From assembly GCF_030028105.1 (NCBI RefSeq), contig NC_092397.1, positions 21,772,630-21,836,629 of the forward strand: a stretch of DNA of 64,000 nucleotides. Reading direction: 5' to 3'. How positions within the stretch are numbered: the first letter of the stretch is position 1; every line of letters starts with the position of its first letter. Below are positions 51,791 through 64,000 of this stretch, in pieces. The notes beneath the pieces are model-generated. The model was not told the origin of the DNA, did no database searches, and saw nothing but the letters and a program-made list of their open reading frames with translations. A program made the position numbers and the translations under genes. This DNA comes from Mobula birostris (lineage: Eukaryota).

Positions 51791-54700
51791 AGGCCGAGTT
51801 ACTGAGCACAGTGGCACTGAGGGCCTGAAGTGTGTTTATATCAGTGCAGTGTAGAACGGTTACGGCAGACGTACTTAGAGCCTGGATTAGTACATGGCAC
51901 GGTGATCCAGCCATTACAGAGATCTGGCTGAGAGAAGGGCAGCACTGACAGATAAACATTCCAGGATTCAGATGATTCAGACAGTCCAGAGGGAGGTGAA
52001 TGAGGTTCGGGCTCTGTACTGCTGATCAGGCAGAATGTCACAAGGTCAAGGTCATCCCAGAGGCTCATCCAGTAAGACAATGTGGGTAGAAATCAGGAAT
52101 AAGAAAGGTGCAATCACCATGATGGGATTATACTGTCGGCCTCCCAATAGCCAGTAAGAGACAGAAACAGATATGTTAGCAGGTTATGGGATGATGCAAA
52201 AACTGCAGAGTAGATTTGGTGAGTGAATATCTCCTCAGAGTAACTGGGACTCCGTTACACCCTGAGGCTTGGATGGGGCATTATTTGTGTTCAGGAAGGT
52301 TTCCTGAAACAATATGTCGTCCACCAGGGAGGGCGACATTCTTGACTTCACCTTGGGAAATATGGGACTCAGCAGAGTGGTGGCAGGAACAACCAGTGTT
52401 CAAAGAGGAATTAGACAGGTCCTTCAGGGGAAATGACCTGCACAGCTGTGGGGACAGAGTGGGGAATGGGATTGTGGAAATGTTGTAGCAGGAGTTGGTA
52501 TTAACTTGATGGGTCAAATAGTCTCGACGATCACAGAATGATTCTCTGCCCAATAATAGTCTGAAAGGATCATTCTGGTCACCAGTGAATCTTCCAAGCT
52601 CCAGGATGGACAAGATCAATTGTGTAATAAGGACACACTTCTGTCGAAACACTGACACTGTATACCAAGCACACTGAGCTGCCAGAGCACAGCACCGGCC
52701 AGTGAGGACACAGACCAGTACAACACCCGGCTCTCAACTGCAAAGTTCAAAGCTGAAAATAAATGTACTATCAAAATACATTTCTGTCACCATATACAAC
52801 CCTGAGATTAGTTTTCTTGTGGGCATACTGCTGGTTTGTTAGAGCAGTTGGGGAGGGTTGAAACTAATTTGGCAGGGGCGTGGGAACAGGCATGAAAAGA
52901 CTCAGGGTAGGACAGATGGTAAAGAAAGCAAAGATTGCATGCAGTCACACTGTCAGGAAGGGCAGGCAGATGACAGGACATAACTGCAGCCAGCAGGGTG
53001 AGTATCAGTGCATGAGGGATGCAGAATCAATAAGGGTAGCAAATACAGTACTCAAACTGTTATATCTCAATACGCAGAGTATAAGAAATAAGGTGGATAA
53101 TCTTATTGCCCTATTATGGATTGTTGTGACCATCACTGAATCACGGCTGAAGAATGTTTGTAGTTGGGAGCTAAGTGCCCAAGGTTACACGTATCAGCGG
53201 GATAGGAAGGTAGGCAATGGGGATGGAATGGCTCTGCTGATAAAGAATGGTAACAAATCAGTAGGAAGATGTGACAAAGGATCGGAAGATGTTGAATCCT
53301 TGTGAGTTGAGGTAAAAACCTGCAAGTGTAAAAAGGACGTTGATGGCAGTTGTACACAGGCCTACAACAGTTGCTGGGATGTGGGCCACAGATTACAACA
53401 GGAAATAGAAAAGGCAGGTCAAAAGGGGAATGTTATTTGAGATTTCATGGGAGTCAGGGGAGATTTTAACATGCAGGTTGATTGGGAAAATCAGGTTGGA
53501 AATAGATCTCAAGAGAGTGAGTTTGCTGAATGCTGAACAGATGGCTTTTTGGAGCAGTTTGTCATTGAGGTACTAGCGGATCACCTATACTGGATTATGT
53601 GTTATTGAATAAACTGGAGGTGATTTGGGAGCTTAAGGTAAAAGAACCCTTAGGAGGCAGTGGTCTCAGTATCACTGAGTTCAACTTGAAATTGGACAGG
53701 GAGAATGTACAGTCTGACACAGCAGTGTTTCAGTGGAGTTAAGGTAGTTACAGTGGTTTGAGAGAGGAGTTGGCTAAAGTAAATTGGAAGGAAATGCTGG
53801 CAGGGATGGCAGCAGAGCAGCAATGGTGTGAGTTTCTGGGGAAAATGAGGAAGGTGTAGGATAAATGTATTCCAGAAACAAACAAATACTCAAATGGCAA
53901 AATAGTACAACCGTGGCTGACAAGGAAGTCAATGCTAATGTAAAACCAAAAGGGAGGGCATACAACAAGCAAAAATTATTCAGAATACAGAGGATCGGGA
54001 AGCTTTAACAGCTGACAGAGAGCAACCTAAAGAGGGAAGAGATGAAACATGCAAGCAAGCTGGCAAACATGATCAAAATGGATAGTTTTAGCTTTTTCAA
54101 GTACGTAAAAATAAAAGAGAGGTGAGACTGGGTAAAGGACTGCTAGAAAATGAGGCCAGAGGAATAATAACGGCGGGGGTTGGGGGGGATACAAGGAAAT
54201 GGCAGATGAACTAAATGAGTATTTTGTATCAGTGGAAGATACTAGCAGTGTGCCAGGTGCTGAAGGGTGTGAGGGAAGAGAAGAGCAGTTATTATTACAA
54301 GGGAAAAGGTGCTCAAAAAGCTGAAAGACCTGAGGGTTGATAAGTCACCCGGACCAGATGAACTGTACCCCAGGGTTCTGAAAGAGGTAACGCTCCTGAC
54401 TGACCGTGTGAAGGAAATGGAGCTGGAGATGGACAGACCCAGAGTTTCCAGGATGCTGAGACCAGAGATTCAGTGGGTTGGTCAAACCTGAGGTCAGGCT
54501 GCAAATAGTTTGGTCGCGACCACGACTGGAAAGGGGAAGAGACAGACAGTGCAATGTCTCCCTGTGGCTGTGACCCTCGGTAACAAGTACACTCATTTGG
54601 ATACCCCTGGGAGGATGATGAACCAGAGCACAGCAGCCCGTCAGGTCGGTGGTACTGACACCCCGGTCCGATGCTCCGCGGGAGGAATGGTCAATCACAG

Positions 54701-57700
54701 CAGTGATGACAGCAGACTCACAGTACAGGGGATGTGCAGGAGATTCTGTGGCCGCAACAGAGATGACACGATGGTGTGTCCCCTCCTGGGTACCAGGGTC
54801 AGGCACGTCTCAGATGTGCAGAATTACCAAAAGATAAACTTGCTGGTTGAGCCGGTGGCAAGGAAGAGCCAAATGCAATGTTAGCATTCATTTAGAGAGG
54901 AGTACAATACAAAAGCAAGGATGTAATGCTGAAGATTGATAAGGCATTGGTCTGCTCACACTTGGAGTATTGTCAACTGTTTTGTGCCCCTTATCTAAAA
55001 AAGTACGTGCTCGCATAGGAGAGGGTCCAGAGGAGGTTCACAAGAATGATCCTGGCAATAAAAGGGTTAATGCACAAGGATTGTTTGATGGCTCTGGGCC
55101 TGTACTCAATGGACTTTAGAAGAATGAGGGAATCTTGTTGAAACCGATCAAATATTGAAAGGCCTGGGATGGAGTGGGCAGTCTAGGACCACAGGACACA
55201 GCGTCAGAATACTAGGACACCCTGTTAGAACAAAGATGAGGAGTAATTTCCTCAGTAAAAGTAGTGAATCTGTGAAGCCTATGTCAGGATGTTGTTCATT
55301 GACTAGAGCTCAGTGTTTAACACCATCATTCCCACAGTCCTGATTACTAAGCTACAGAACCTGGTCCCTCTGCAGTTGGATCCTTGACTTCCTAACCGGG
55401 AGACCACAATCTGTGCAGACTGGTGATAATCAGAATGTGTGGATTAATGGAGTCGGGCTAACCCCTATTGACATCAATGGATCCGGGGTTAAGAGGGTAA
55501 ACAGCTTTAAGTTCCTCGGCATCAATATTACTGAGCTCACATGGTCTATACATACAGGCTGTGTGGTGAAAAGGCACAACAGCGTCACTTTCACCTCAGA
55601 CAGTTGAGGAAGTTTGCTATGGGCCCCCAAATCCTAAGGACTTTCTACAGGGGCACCATTGAGAGCATCCTGACTGGCTGCATCACTGCCTGATATGGGA
55701 ACTGTACCTCCCTTAATCGCAGGACTCTGCAGAGAGTGGTGTGGACAGGCCAGCACATCTGTAGTTGTGAACTTCCCATGATTCAAGACATTTACAAAGA
55801 CAGGTGTGAGAAAAGAGCCTGAAGGATCACTGGGGACCTGAGTCACCCCAACCACAATCTATTCCAGCTGCAACCATCCAGGAAATGGTACCGCAGCATA
55901 AAAGCCAGAACCAACAGGCTCCGGGACAGCTTCTTCCACCAGCCTATCAGACTGATTAACTCACGCTGATTTGAGGGCATTTCGATGTTACGTTGACTGT
56001 TCCATTTATTAGCAATTATTATAAGTTATTACGGTTGCACATTCAGACGAGACATAACACAAAGAATTTTACTGCTCATGTACGTGAAGGATGCAAGAAA
56101 TAAAGTCAATTCAAGTTCAAATTAATATCTTCTCTTCGCTGATGATCAACACTGGCCCTGGTGCACCTCAGGGATGTGTGCTCAGCCGACTGCTCTACTC
56201 CCTCTATAACCATGACCGTGTGACTAAGTATAGCTCAAAAGCCAACTACAAATCTGCTGTTGGTAGAATTTCAGATGGAGAGGAGAGGGCATACAGGAGT
56301 AAGATTTACCAGCTGGCTGAGTGGTATCACAGCAACAACCTTGTGTTTAATGTCAGTAAAACAAAAGAGCTGATTGAAGGAAGGGTGCGATGAGAGAACA
56401 TGAACCAATTCTCAGAGAAGGATCAGAAGTGGAGAGAGTGAACAATTTCAAATTCCTGGGTGTCAACATCTCTGAGGATCTAACCTGGTCCCAACATATT
56501 GATGCAGCTACAGTATAAAAAAGGCAAGACAGTGGATATATTTTATCAGGAGTTTGAAGATATTTGGTCTGTCACTTTAAAACACTCAAAAACTTCTATA
56601 GATGTATTCTATATACTGTATATTATTTAAACTATATTATTTGTTTTTGCACTGTTTTTAATCTACATAATATATGTATCCCTATACACACATACTGATT
56701 TATTTATTCTTTCTATATTATCATGTACTGCATTAAACTGCTGCTGCTAAATTAACAAATTTCATGACACCTGCCGGTGGTAATGAACTTAATTCTGGTT
56801 CTGACTCTGAATTCATCCCCACAGACGGCTGTGGCCAATTCATTGGGGATACTGCATCATCACTGCCTGGTTCGGAAATTGCACCGTCTTGGATCGCAAG
56901 ACCCTGCAGCGGATAGTGAGGACAGCTGAGATCATCATCGGGGTCTCTCTTCCCACCATTACAGACATTTACACCACACGCTGCACCCGTAAAGCCAACA
57001 GCATTGTGAAGGACCCCACACACCCCTCATACAAACCCTTCTCCCTCCTGCCATCTGGCAAAAGGTACCGATGCATTCGGGCTGTCACGACCAGACTGGG
57101 TAACAGTTTCTTCCCCCAAGCCATCCGACTCCTTAATACCCAGAGTCCAGACTGACAGCTACATCATTATTATATTGTAATTTGTCCTGTACTGTGGCTA
57201 TTGCTTTGTTTATTATTTATTGTACTGCCCTGCACTGTTTTGTGCACTTTGTGTAGGTCTGTAGTCCAGTGTAGTTTCTGCGTCGCCTTTTCTTATCTCA
57301 CTTAGTCTAGTGTAGTTTTGTGTTGTTTCATGTAGCACCATGGTCCTGGAGGAATGTTGTTTTGTTTTTACTGCGTACTGCACCAGCAGCTTATTGTTGA
57401 AATGACAATAAAAAGTGACATGACTGTATTTAATGTGGAGGTTCTTGATTCTTGGTGGGGGTAGGAAGAGGATTTGAGAGGGTTAAGAGATCTGTCATGA
57501 TCGTTGATCCCTGGCAGAATGGTGCAGCAAACTGCATGGGGCCAAATGGCCTAATTCTTCTCCTGTACTTCATGGTCTGATGGTCTCGCAGCAGTCGCAG
57601 GACATTTCAAATGGAAGGCTGAGCAGCCAGACATGGTGGTGGACGGTGCATGTTAGTAATAGCAATGTAGGGAGGAGGCGGGATGTGCCCTGTGCAGTAA

Positions 57701-59672
57701 ATATAGAGAAAGAAGAGAGAAACTAAAATTACTAAGCTTCATATTACCGCCAGTGACACTTGTTAGTGCAGAGAGATATAGGAAGATACCACTGATGAAT
57801 GTGTGGCTGAGAATCTGGTGCAGGGGACAGTTTCATGGATTAATGGAATCATCTGGAGATGGGTAGGCACAAACTGTTCACTCCCCAGGGTCTTCTAGGG
57901 AAGGAACAGTTTTCTCACTCCGAAAACTGAAGGGAGTAGTTTTGGCGTGAGAGATCGGAGGTTTAAAGGGGATCTGAAAGGTGAGTTGATGGAGGTGGAT
58001 AAAGTTATGTGAGGCATATAAAGGTTAGAGAGACAGAGACTGTTTTCCGACTAAAACTGTCTAAAACTGAAGGGAATGGATTTCAGGTGAGAGGGAGGAG
58101 GTTTAAAGGTGATCTGAGGGTAAATATTTCGCATGGAGAATTGAATTGACCTTATTTCTTACATCCTTCACATGTATCAGGAGTAAAAATCTTTACATCA
58201 TGTCTCCATCTAACTATGCAATCACAGTAATTTATTATAAATGGAACAGTCAATGTGACAGAGAATAGCTGCTATCCCAAATGAGCCGCCAGAGGAAGTA
58301 GTGGAGGCAGAAACACACAAAGTCTCTGTTCATGAACATTTCTCAGGAACCTGTCATTCACTGTGTACATCCTGCCCTGGTTAAACTTCCCAGTGCTGGG
58401 TCCATTGTTGTTTTCCATCTGTATTAATGATCTGGATGAGAATGTATTAAACTGGATCAGCAAATTTACAGATGACACCAAGATTAAGGGTGCAGAGGAC
58501 AGCGAGGAAGGATTGCTAATCTTGACATGGGATGTGGACCAGCTGGGAAAATGGCAGATGGAATTTAATACACACAAGTATGCGGTGTGTGCAACTAAGT
58601 TGAATGGGAGAAACGTGTGGTTTAAAGAGGATCTGAGGAAAACTGTCCTCGCTCCCCAGGAAGTTACAATCTGGAACACTCTGCCTGAGGAGGTGGTGCA
58701 GGCTGGTATTTAAGGACCATCTGGATGAGCATTTGAATCACCAAGGCAGGGTAGGAGACAGACCAAGTGCTGAGTTAGTGGAGACAGATTCTTGATGGTC
58801 AGTATGGACATGCAGAAACCACTGACTGTGAAAGTGCAGTGGGAACCTGGAACACAGAGCTTCAGGATGGATTCAGCTAAAATATTCAGAACCCAGTACG
58901 ATGGATTTTTGTTGTACAAAGGTATTAATGGTCAAGTACTGAACAAACCCCCTTAAAAGGCTACCAAAATGCTCCCATTTCCTGGGCACCAGTTACAATA
59001 CTTTGAAATAGGAATTTGGTGAAGTACTCTGGGTGATATTAGGACAGATGGCTGACAGCTTGGTCACGGTGGGAGGGTGCAAATGTCTTCTCAGAGGATA
59101 AGGGGTTCAGTGGAACAAGCTCACAGCTGAGAATGAAGGTGGCAAACCCCACTGCATTGGAGGACTGCTGTGGTCAGGGTTGTACAGGATAGAAACAGAC
59201 CCTCTGGCCCATCACATTTATGTTCCCCATCATGCACAGCTATACTAATCCCACTTTCCTGCATTAGTTTCATATCCCTCTGGGCCTTGCTCACTGAAGC
59301 CCCTGTGCATGTGCCTCTAATATTGTTACACAGTTCCCTGTACGTGGCATCACAGGTAGACAGGGTTGTGTGTTCTACTTGCCTTGTCAGCCAAAGAACT
59401 GCCTCTCATCAGAGTTGGACAAAACTGTTTAAAGTCAGATTCAAAGGGGATCTGAGGGGTAAATATTTCACACAGAGAATAGCTGGCATCCGGAATTAAC
59501 TCCCAAAACAGAGTCACTGGTTTATACAGAAATGAAACAGTCCCTTCGGTACAACTCATCCCCGCCGACCAAGATGTCGACCTGAACTCGGCCCATCTGC
59601 CTGCATTAGGCCCGTATCCCTCTCAACCTTTCCCATCCATGTGACTGTGCAAATATGTTTTAAATATTGTAC

Positions 59673-59945
59673 CTGAGGCAGAGAGCCGGTGCAGGGAGGC
59701 GCTGACAGACACTCACTGTTCCGTGGGTAGGAAGAGGATCCCACAGCGGAGCCGAAACGATCGAGCCCACGTCGCCATAGTCCTGACGCCACCAGCCGGG
59801 ATTTACCGTTCCCCAGGAAACGACGGAGGTGGGACATCTGTGACGTCATTCGTCACGGATTGGTTGTCTCTGTGTGTCACGTGATGGAGAGTGCACTGCC
59901 CGGGAGGCGGGGCAGAGGGAGCTGTCAATCAGTGGAGCCGCTGAA
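59673..59945 (-). promoter_or_regulatory. CpG-rich promoter-like region with a possible first exon
   Basis: TGACGTCA 59841, ATTGG 59859, CACGTG 59878, GGCGGGG 59906, CTGTCAATCA 59922. Possible minus-strand donor CAG|GTACAA at 59673/59672. Confidence 0.45.
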
Positions 59946-60259
59946 AAACTTGCCACCATTGTAAATAGAGTGGGTGCAGACGGAGATTTCCGGGATCGGT
60001 GACTCCCTCCCCACCCACGGGAATTGAGTGTGTTAGAGACAGTAATATTCATATTTTAATATGACTCTGCGGCATTATACATATTTAATGTTTGTATTTT
60101 GCATATTTTTGTTGGATAATCTTTTATAATTTGGGGTAAAAACCTTGTAACTAGATCACTGAAAAATTCATGAAGAAAGAGCGTCACGGAAAAATATTGT
60201 CAAAGCCAAAATTTTAATCCAAAGTAAGTTGTCCTCATGGTACAAAAATATCACCATCT

Positions 60260-61575
60260 AGTTCAAAGTAAAATCTATTCTCACAGTAGATTCATGTCAC
60301 CACATACAACCCTGAGATTCTTTCCTGCGGCAATTCTTAGCAAATCAATATAACTTCCTGTGAACTGTAAATATGAGGAATTATAAACTGTAAACAAACA
60401 GTGAAAATTCAGAGAAAAAAGCAATAAATAATGAGTATGAAATAACCATGTAACAGAGTCCTGAAAAGAGTCCTGACGTGAGTGTATCTATCCCCTTTTG
60501 TTCAAGTCCCTGATGGTTGAGGGGTAGTGACTGTTCTTGAACCTGGTGGAGCGTGTACTGAGGCACCTGTACCTTCTGCCTGATGGCAGCAGTGAGAAAA
60601 GAGCATTGCCTGTGTGGTGAGGATCTTTGATGATGGATGTTGCTTCCCTATGGCTATGTTTCATGTAGATGTGCTCAGTGGTTATGAATGTTTTACCCGT
60701 GATGTAGCTGGGCTGAATCCACTAGCTTTGTAGGAATTTCCACTCAAAGACATTGGTGTTCCTATACCAGTTCATAATGCTGCCAGTCAGCACACCTACC
60801 ATCAGACATTTATAGAAGTTTGACAAAGTTTTCAATGGCATGCTGAATCTCTGAGATTCCTGAGGAAGTAGAAAAGCTGTCATGCCTTGTTCACAGTAAT
60901 ACTTATATGATGGGTCCAGGACCGGTCCTCTGAGAGAGTGACACACAGGAATTTAAAGTTACTGACTCTCTCCACTTTTGATCGTACTTTGATTACTGGC
61001 TCATGTACCTCCAGATCCCCTGCTGAAGTCAACAATCTGTCCCTTGGTCTCACTGACATTGATTGAGAGGTTGTTGTTATTATGCCACTCAACCAAGTTT
61101 TCTGTCACCCTACTGCATGCCAATTCATCGCCACCTTTGATACAGCCCACAACAGTGGTGTCATCAGCAAACTTGTATACGGTGTTGGAGCTGTACTCAG
61201 CCACACAGTCATAGGTGTAAAGCGAGTAGAGCTGGGGGCTAAGCACACTTCCCTATGGTGCTCCTGTGCTGATAGAGATTGTGGAGGAGACGTTTTTGCC
61301 AATCTGAACTGGCTGGGGTCTGCACCTGAGGAAATCCAGGATTCAATTTCACATGGGGGTATTGAGGCCCAGGACTGGGAGTTTACTGATTAGTTTTGAG
61401 GGGATGATGGTGTTGAGTGCTGAGCTGTAATCAATAAAGGGCATTCAGATGTTTGCATCTTTGCTGAAAAGATGTTCCAGAGTTGTGTGAAGAGCCAACG
61501 AGACAGCATCTGCTGTTGCTTCAGTAGGGGAATTGGAGAGGATACAAGTCATCATTCAGACAAGAGCTGATATGC
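60260..61575 (-). mobile_element. Rex/Babar-like RT remnant (mirror of 11120-12330)
   Basis: [33 protein letters not shown]. Confidence 0.85.
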
Positions 61576-61579
61576 GAAT

Positions 61580-61776
61580 TCTTGGTTCCATCCCTCCCGC
61601 TTCTGTCTTCTCCTATCATTTTAGATCCCCCCTCCCCCTCCCACTTTCAAACCTCTTACTAGCTCTTCTTTCAGTTAGTCCTGTCGAAGGGTCTCGGCCC
61701 GAAACGTCGACTGTACCTTTTCCTAGAGATGCTGCCTGGCCTGCTGCGTTCACCAGCAACTTTGATGTGTGTTGCT
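61580..61776 (+). mobile_element. Penelope-type 3' end with hammerhead motif (61677-61712)
   Basis: Pyrimidine-rich tail, then AGTC-CTGTCGA-AGGGTCTCGGCCC-GAAA-CGTC-GACT with one core A>T change. Confidence 0.7.
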
Positions 61777-61779
61777 TAA

Positions 61780-62086
61780 AAATGAGTCCCGGCTTTTCGA
61801 AGGTTAAGTCCCGGCTCTATGTTGATGTTCGGTCCCGAGTCTGTCTCTGATCTCCAAGAACCCAAGCCTCGACGATCCCGCAGCCAAGCTCAAGAGGAAA
61901 GGCCCCAGCTTGTCTCCTTGTCCATGGTTTCTAGCCCTGGTCCCGCTTTCCCCAGCCCACGTCTGCGTTTTTGTCCCTGTTCCTGGTCTGAATCCTGTCA
62001 CGTCCCTACTCTAGTCAAATCCTGTTCCTTGTACTTCAATGTCTGTGTCTCGCATTTGGGTCCGTTCCCAGCACCCCTTTGTGACA
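61780..62086 (+). mobile_element. Probable LTR 3' fragment at a breakpoint in the right arm
   Basis: Ends GCATTTGGGTCC...TGTGACA, a typical LTR U5 end. Arm homology resumes immediately at 62087. Confidence 0.45.
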
Positions 62087-63241
62087 GTTCTAACACCCCG
62101 GTTACCTCTATTTTCATCAGGAAACAGAGATATTATCTTATTTTAACCCAATAAAGCCTTCTCACAGTTTCTTATCTTAACGATTGGCACATCTCCTCCT
62201 CTTCAGGTTTGAGCACATTCTATACTCCCTAAAGCAGATTTCAACTCTGCAGTTAATTTCAAACGAGAAAACGTGCGGATACTGGATATCCAAACAACAC
62301 ATACACAATGCCGGAGGAACTCAGGTCTGATGAACGGTCTCGGTCCGAAATGTCGACTGAACTCTTTTCCATAGTTGCCGTTGCGTTTCTCCAGCATTTC
62401 GTGTGTTGTTGCAGTTAATTTAATGGGATTGATGAAAGAAGGCTGTTCCAGGTCAAATTTAAACATTACCTTGAAGTCTTTTTTCCTTCCAAAGTATCCA
62501 GCCTTTCTTAACGAATCACTTGAAATTATTCCAGATCCAGATTCCAGATGTAAATTCAACTTCATTCCAACCTCCTCCCGCATTCACCAGAACCCTCAGT
62601 TTCCGGATCTTTTTCCAGACGGAGGGCCCCTCCTTAACCTACATTATTTCCCACAATCCCCACACATTCACTGCCAGCGCCACCAACCGCTACTGCTCCT
62701 GAGCCAGTCAACAGCTCGAACCCGCTTCTTGGTTCTGCTGTCAATCAGGTCCAGGGGTGGGGCAACGCAGCGTTTACGTACATGCTGCAATGACGTCACA
62801 AACATTAAGCTAACCTTCCTCCAGTGCACTTTTTGAGCGTCTGGTCGGAGGGTCCGGGGCTGCGGGAGGGGCAGGGTGACTTTAAACCCGTCGGTAAACA
62901 CGGCCACATGGTTTGGTTGTCTCCAAAGTGTTTCAGCTGTACCTTTGCCTGTCTTCTCCACACAGTCACCCAGGGAATCTGACAGAGTCGCCATGAGTGG
63001 TGGGAAAGTGCGGGGGTTCATATCTTGGAGCAGCAGCCCCGGTTTAATGTTTCGGAGTGAAGGATTCGGTCACCGAGCTTAACGCCGAACGGCGTTGAAG
63101 TACAGACACGATGATGGAACACTGAAAAAAAATGCTGAACAGACCGTCCATTGTTCTCGGGAGACTCTCCAGTCGCGGGCTATTTGCACACTAGACTCTC
63201 CCATATTCTAATCCTGTCTTCATTTGAAGCAGGAAAACGGT

Positions 63242-63301
63242 CTTCCCGTCGGCGAATCGAACCCCTCTCTCTCGCGTGACAGGTGGGGAAACTAACGAGG
63301 A
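63242..63301 (-). pseudogene. tRNA-Asp(GTC) pseudogene lacking the D arm/A box
   Basis: Minus strand TCCTCGTTAGTTTCCCCACCTGTCACGCGAGAGAGAGGGGTTCGATTCGCCGACGGGAAG, 60 nt, 12 nt shorter than 600-671. Confidence 0.85.
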
Positions 63302-63810
63302 ATAAACAGGAGTGGGGAATCTGTCACACGGATGTCAGGGTGCAGGAGAACTCATAGAGTCACTCTGATGTTTGTTTGCTGAGTGTAGAGGTGGCGCATT
63401 TTACCCATCCCCTCCTCACCGTGTGACTGGAGGGGTCTCAGACTTCTTCAGTGATTCAGTCACTGATTGAGTTCAAGGACTGGCCAAAGGAAGGGATCCC
63501 ATTAAAGTCTAACCGCGTGTTTGTTTGAACGGATATTTATAATCAGAATTTGGTTCCCATTTACTGATACGTCAAGCAGGAAACCATTTGTAGCCCTTCG
63601 AATCTCTCGGGTCGATTCTCCCTTCAGTCGGATCCCAGGTGCTGTGTTTCTCCGGTCTGTCGGAACGTCGCGACATCCAGTGGTCGGAATAGGAACTGCA
63701 ACAGAGTGAGGCATGATCCTTCAGAAAACAGCTCAGACTCTGAGAATCGAGTTACAGACTCTTATAGCACCAGAGATCATTCAGTAACCGAATCTGGTTT
63801 GCATCATGGG

Positions 63811-63882
63811 GCGATGGTGGTATAGTGGTGAGCATAGCTGCTTCCCAAGCAGTTGACCCGGGTTCGATTCCCGGCCATCGCA
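63811..63882 (+). tRNA. tRNA-Gly(CCC)
   Basis: GCGATGGTGGTATAGTGGTGAGCATAGCTGCTTCCCAAGCAGTTGACCCGGGTTCGATTCCCGGCCATCGCA: fully paired acceptor and T stems, intact A and B boxes, TTTT terminator at 63893-63896. Confidence 0.93.
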
Positions 63883-64000
63883 GGTTGTACACTTTTAGAC
63901 TGAAAAAGATAACCTCTCACCAAGCACTATGAACGCAGAATTCATGGGCAATTTACTGTCAGTGAAATTCACTCTAATGCATCAGATGGATCCCTCAGGT

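Noticed and set aside
54620-59660. Possible host-gene exons in right-arm-specific DNA
   Set aside because: Recognisable ORFs are CR1 or Rex/Babar RT fragments; no coherent exon structure seen.

Overview
Eukaryotic, vertebrate DNA. The repeat families resemble those of cartilaginous fishes such as rays; this is an inference. The centre holds a replication-dependent histone cluster: H4(+), H3(+), H1(-), H2A(-), H2B(-) and a second H4(-), each with a 3' stem-loop. It is enclosed by a very large, diverged inverted duplication whose arms (about 1-25,170 and 43,435-63,915) run to both window edges. Each arm ends in a tRNA-Gly/tRNA-Asp pair, and these pairs are reciprocally degraded. Most remaining sequence is decayed retroelements (CR1, Rex/Babar-like, an I/Nimb-like LINE, Penelope remnants), a solo LTR and a Tc1 transposon. 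The most unusual elements are a 55 x 27-bp CpG-dense minisatellite with a two-state A/T variant pattern found in one arm only, several fold-back elements carrying minimal type I hammerhead ribozyme motifs, and a Gly tRNA with a TCC-family body but a CCC anticodon. Repeat boundaries were read by eye and are approximate.
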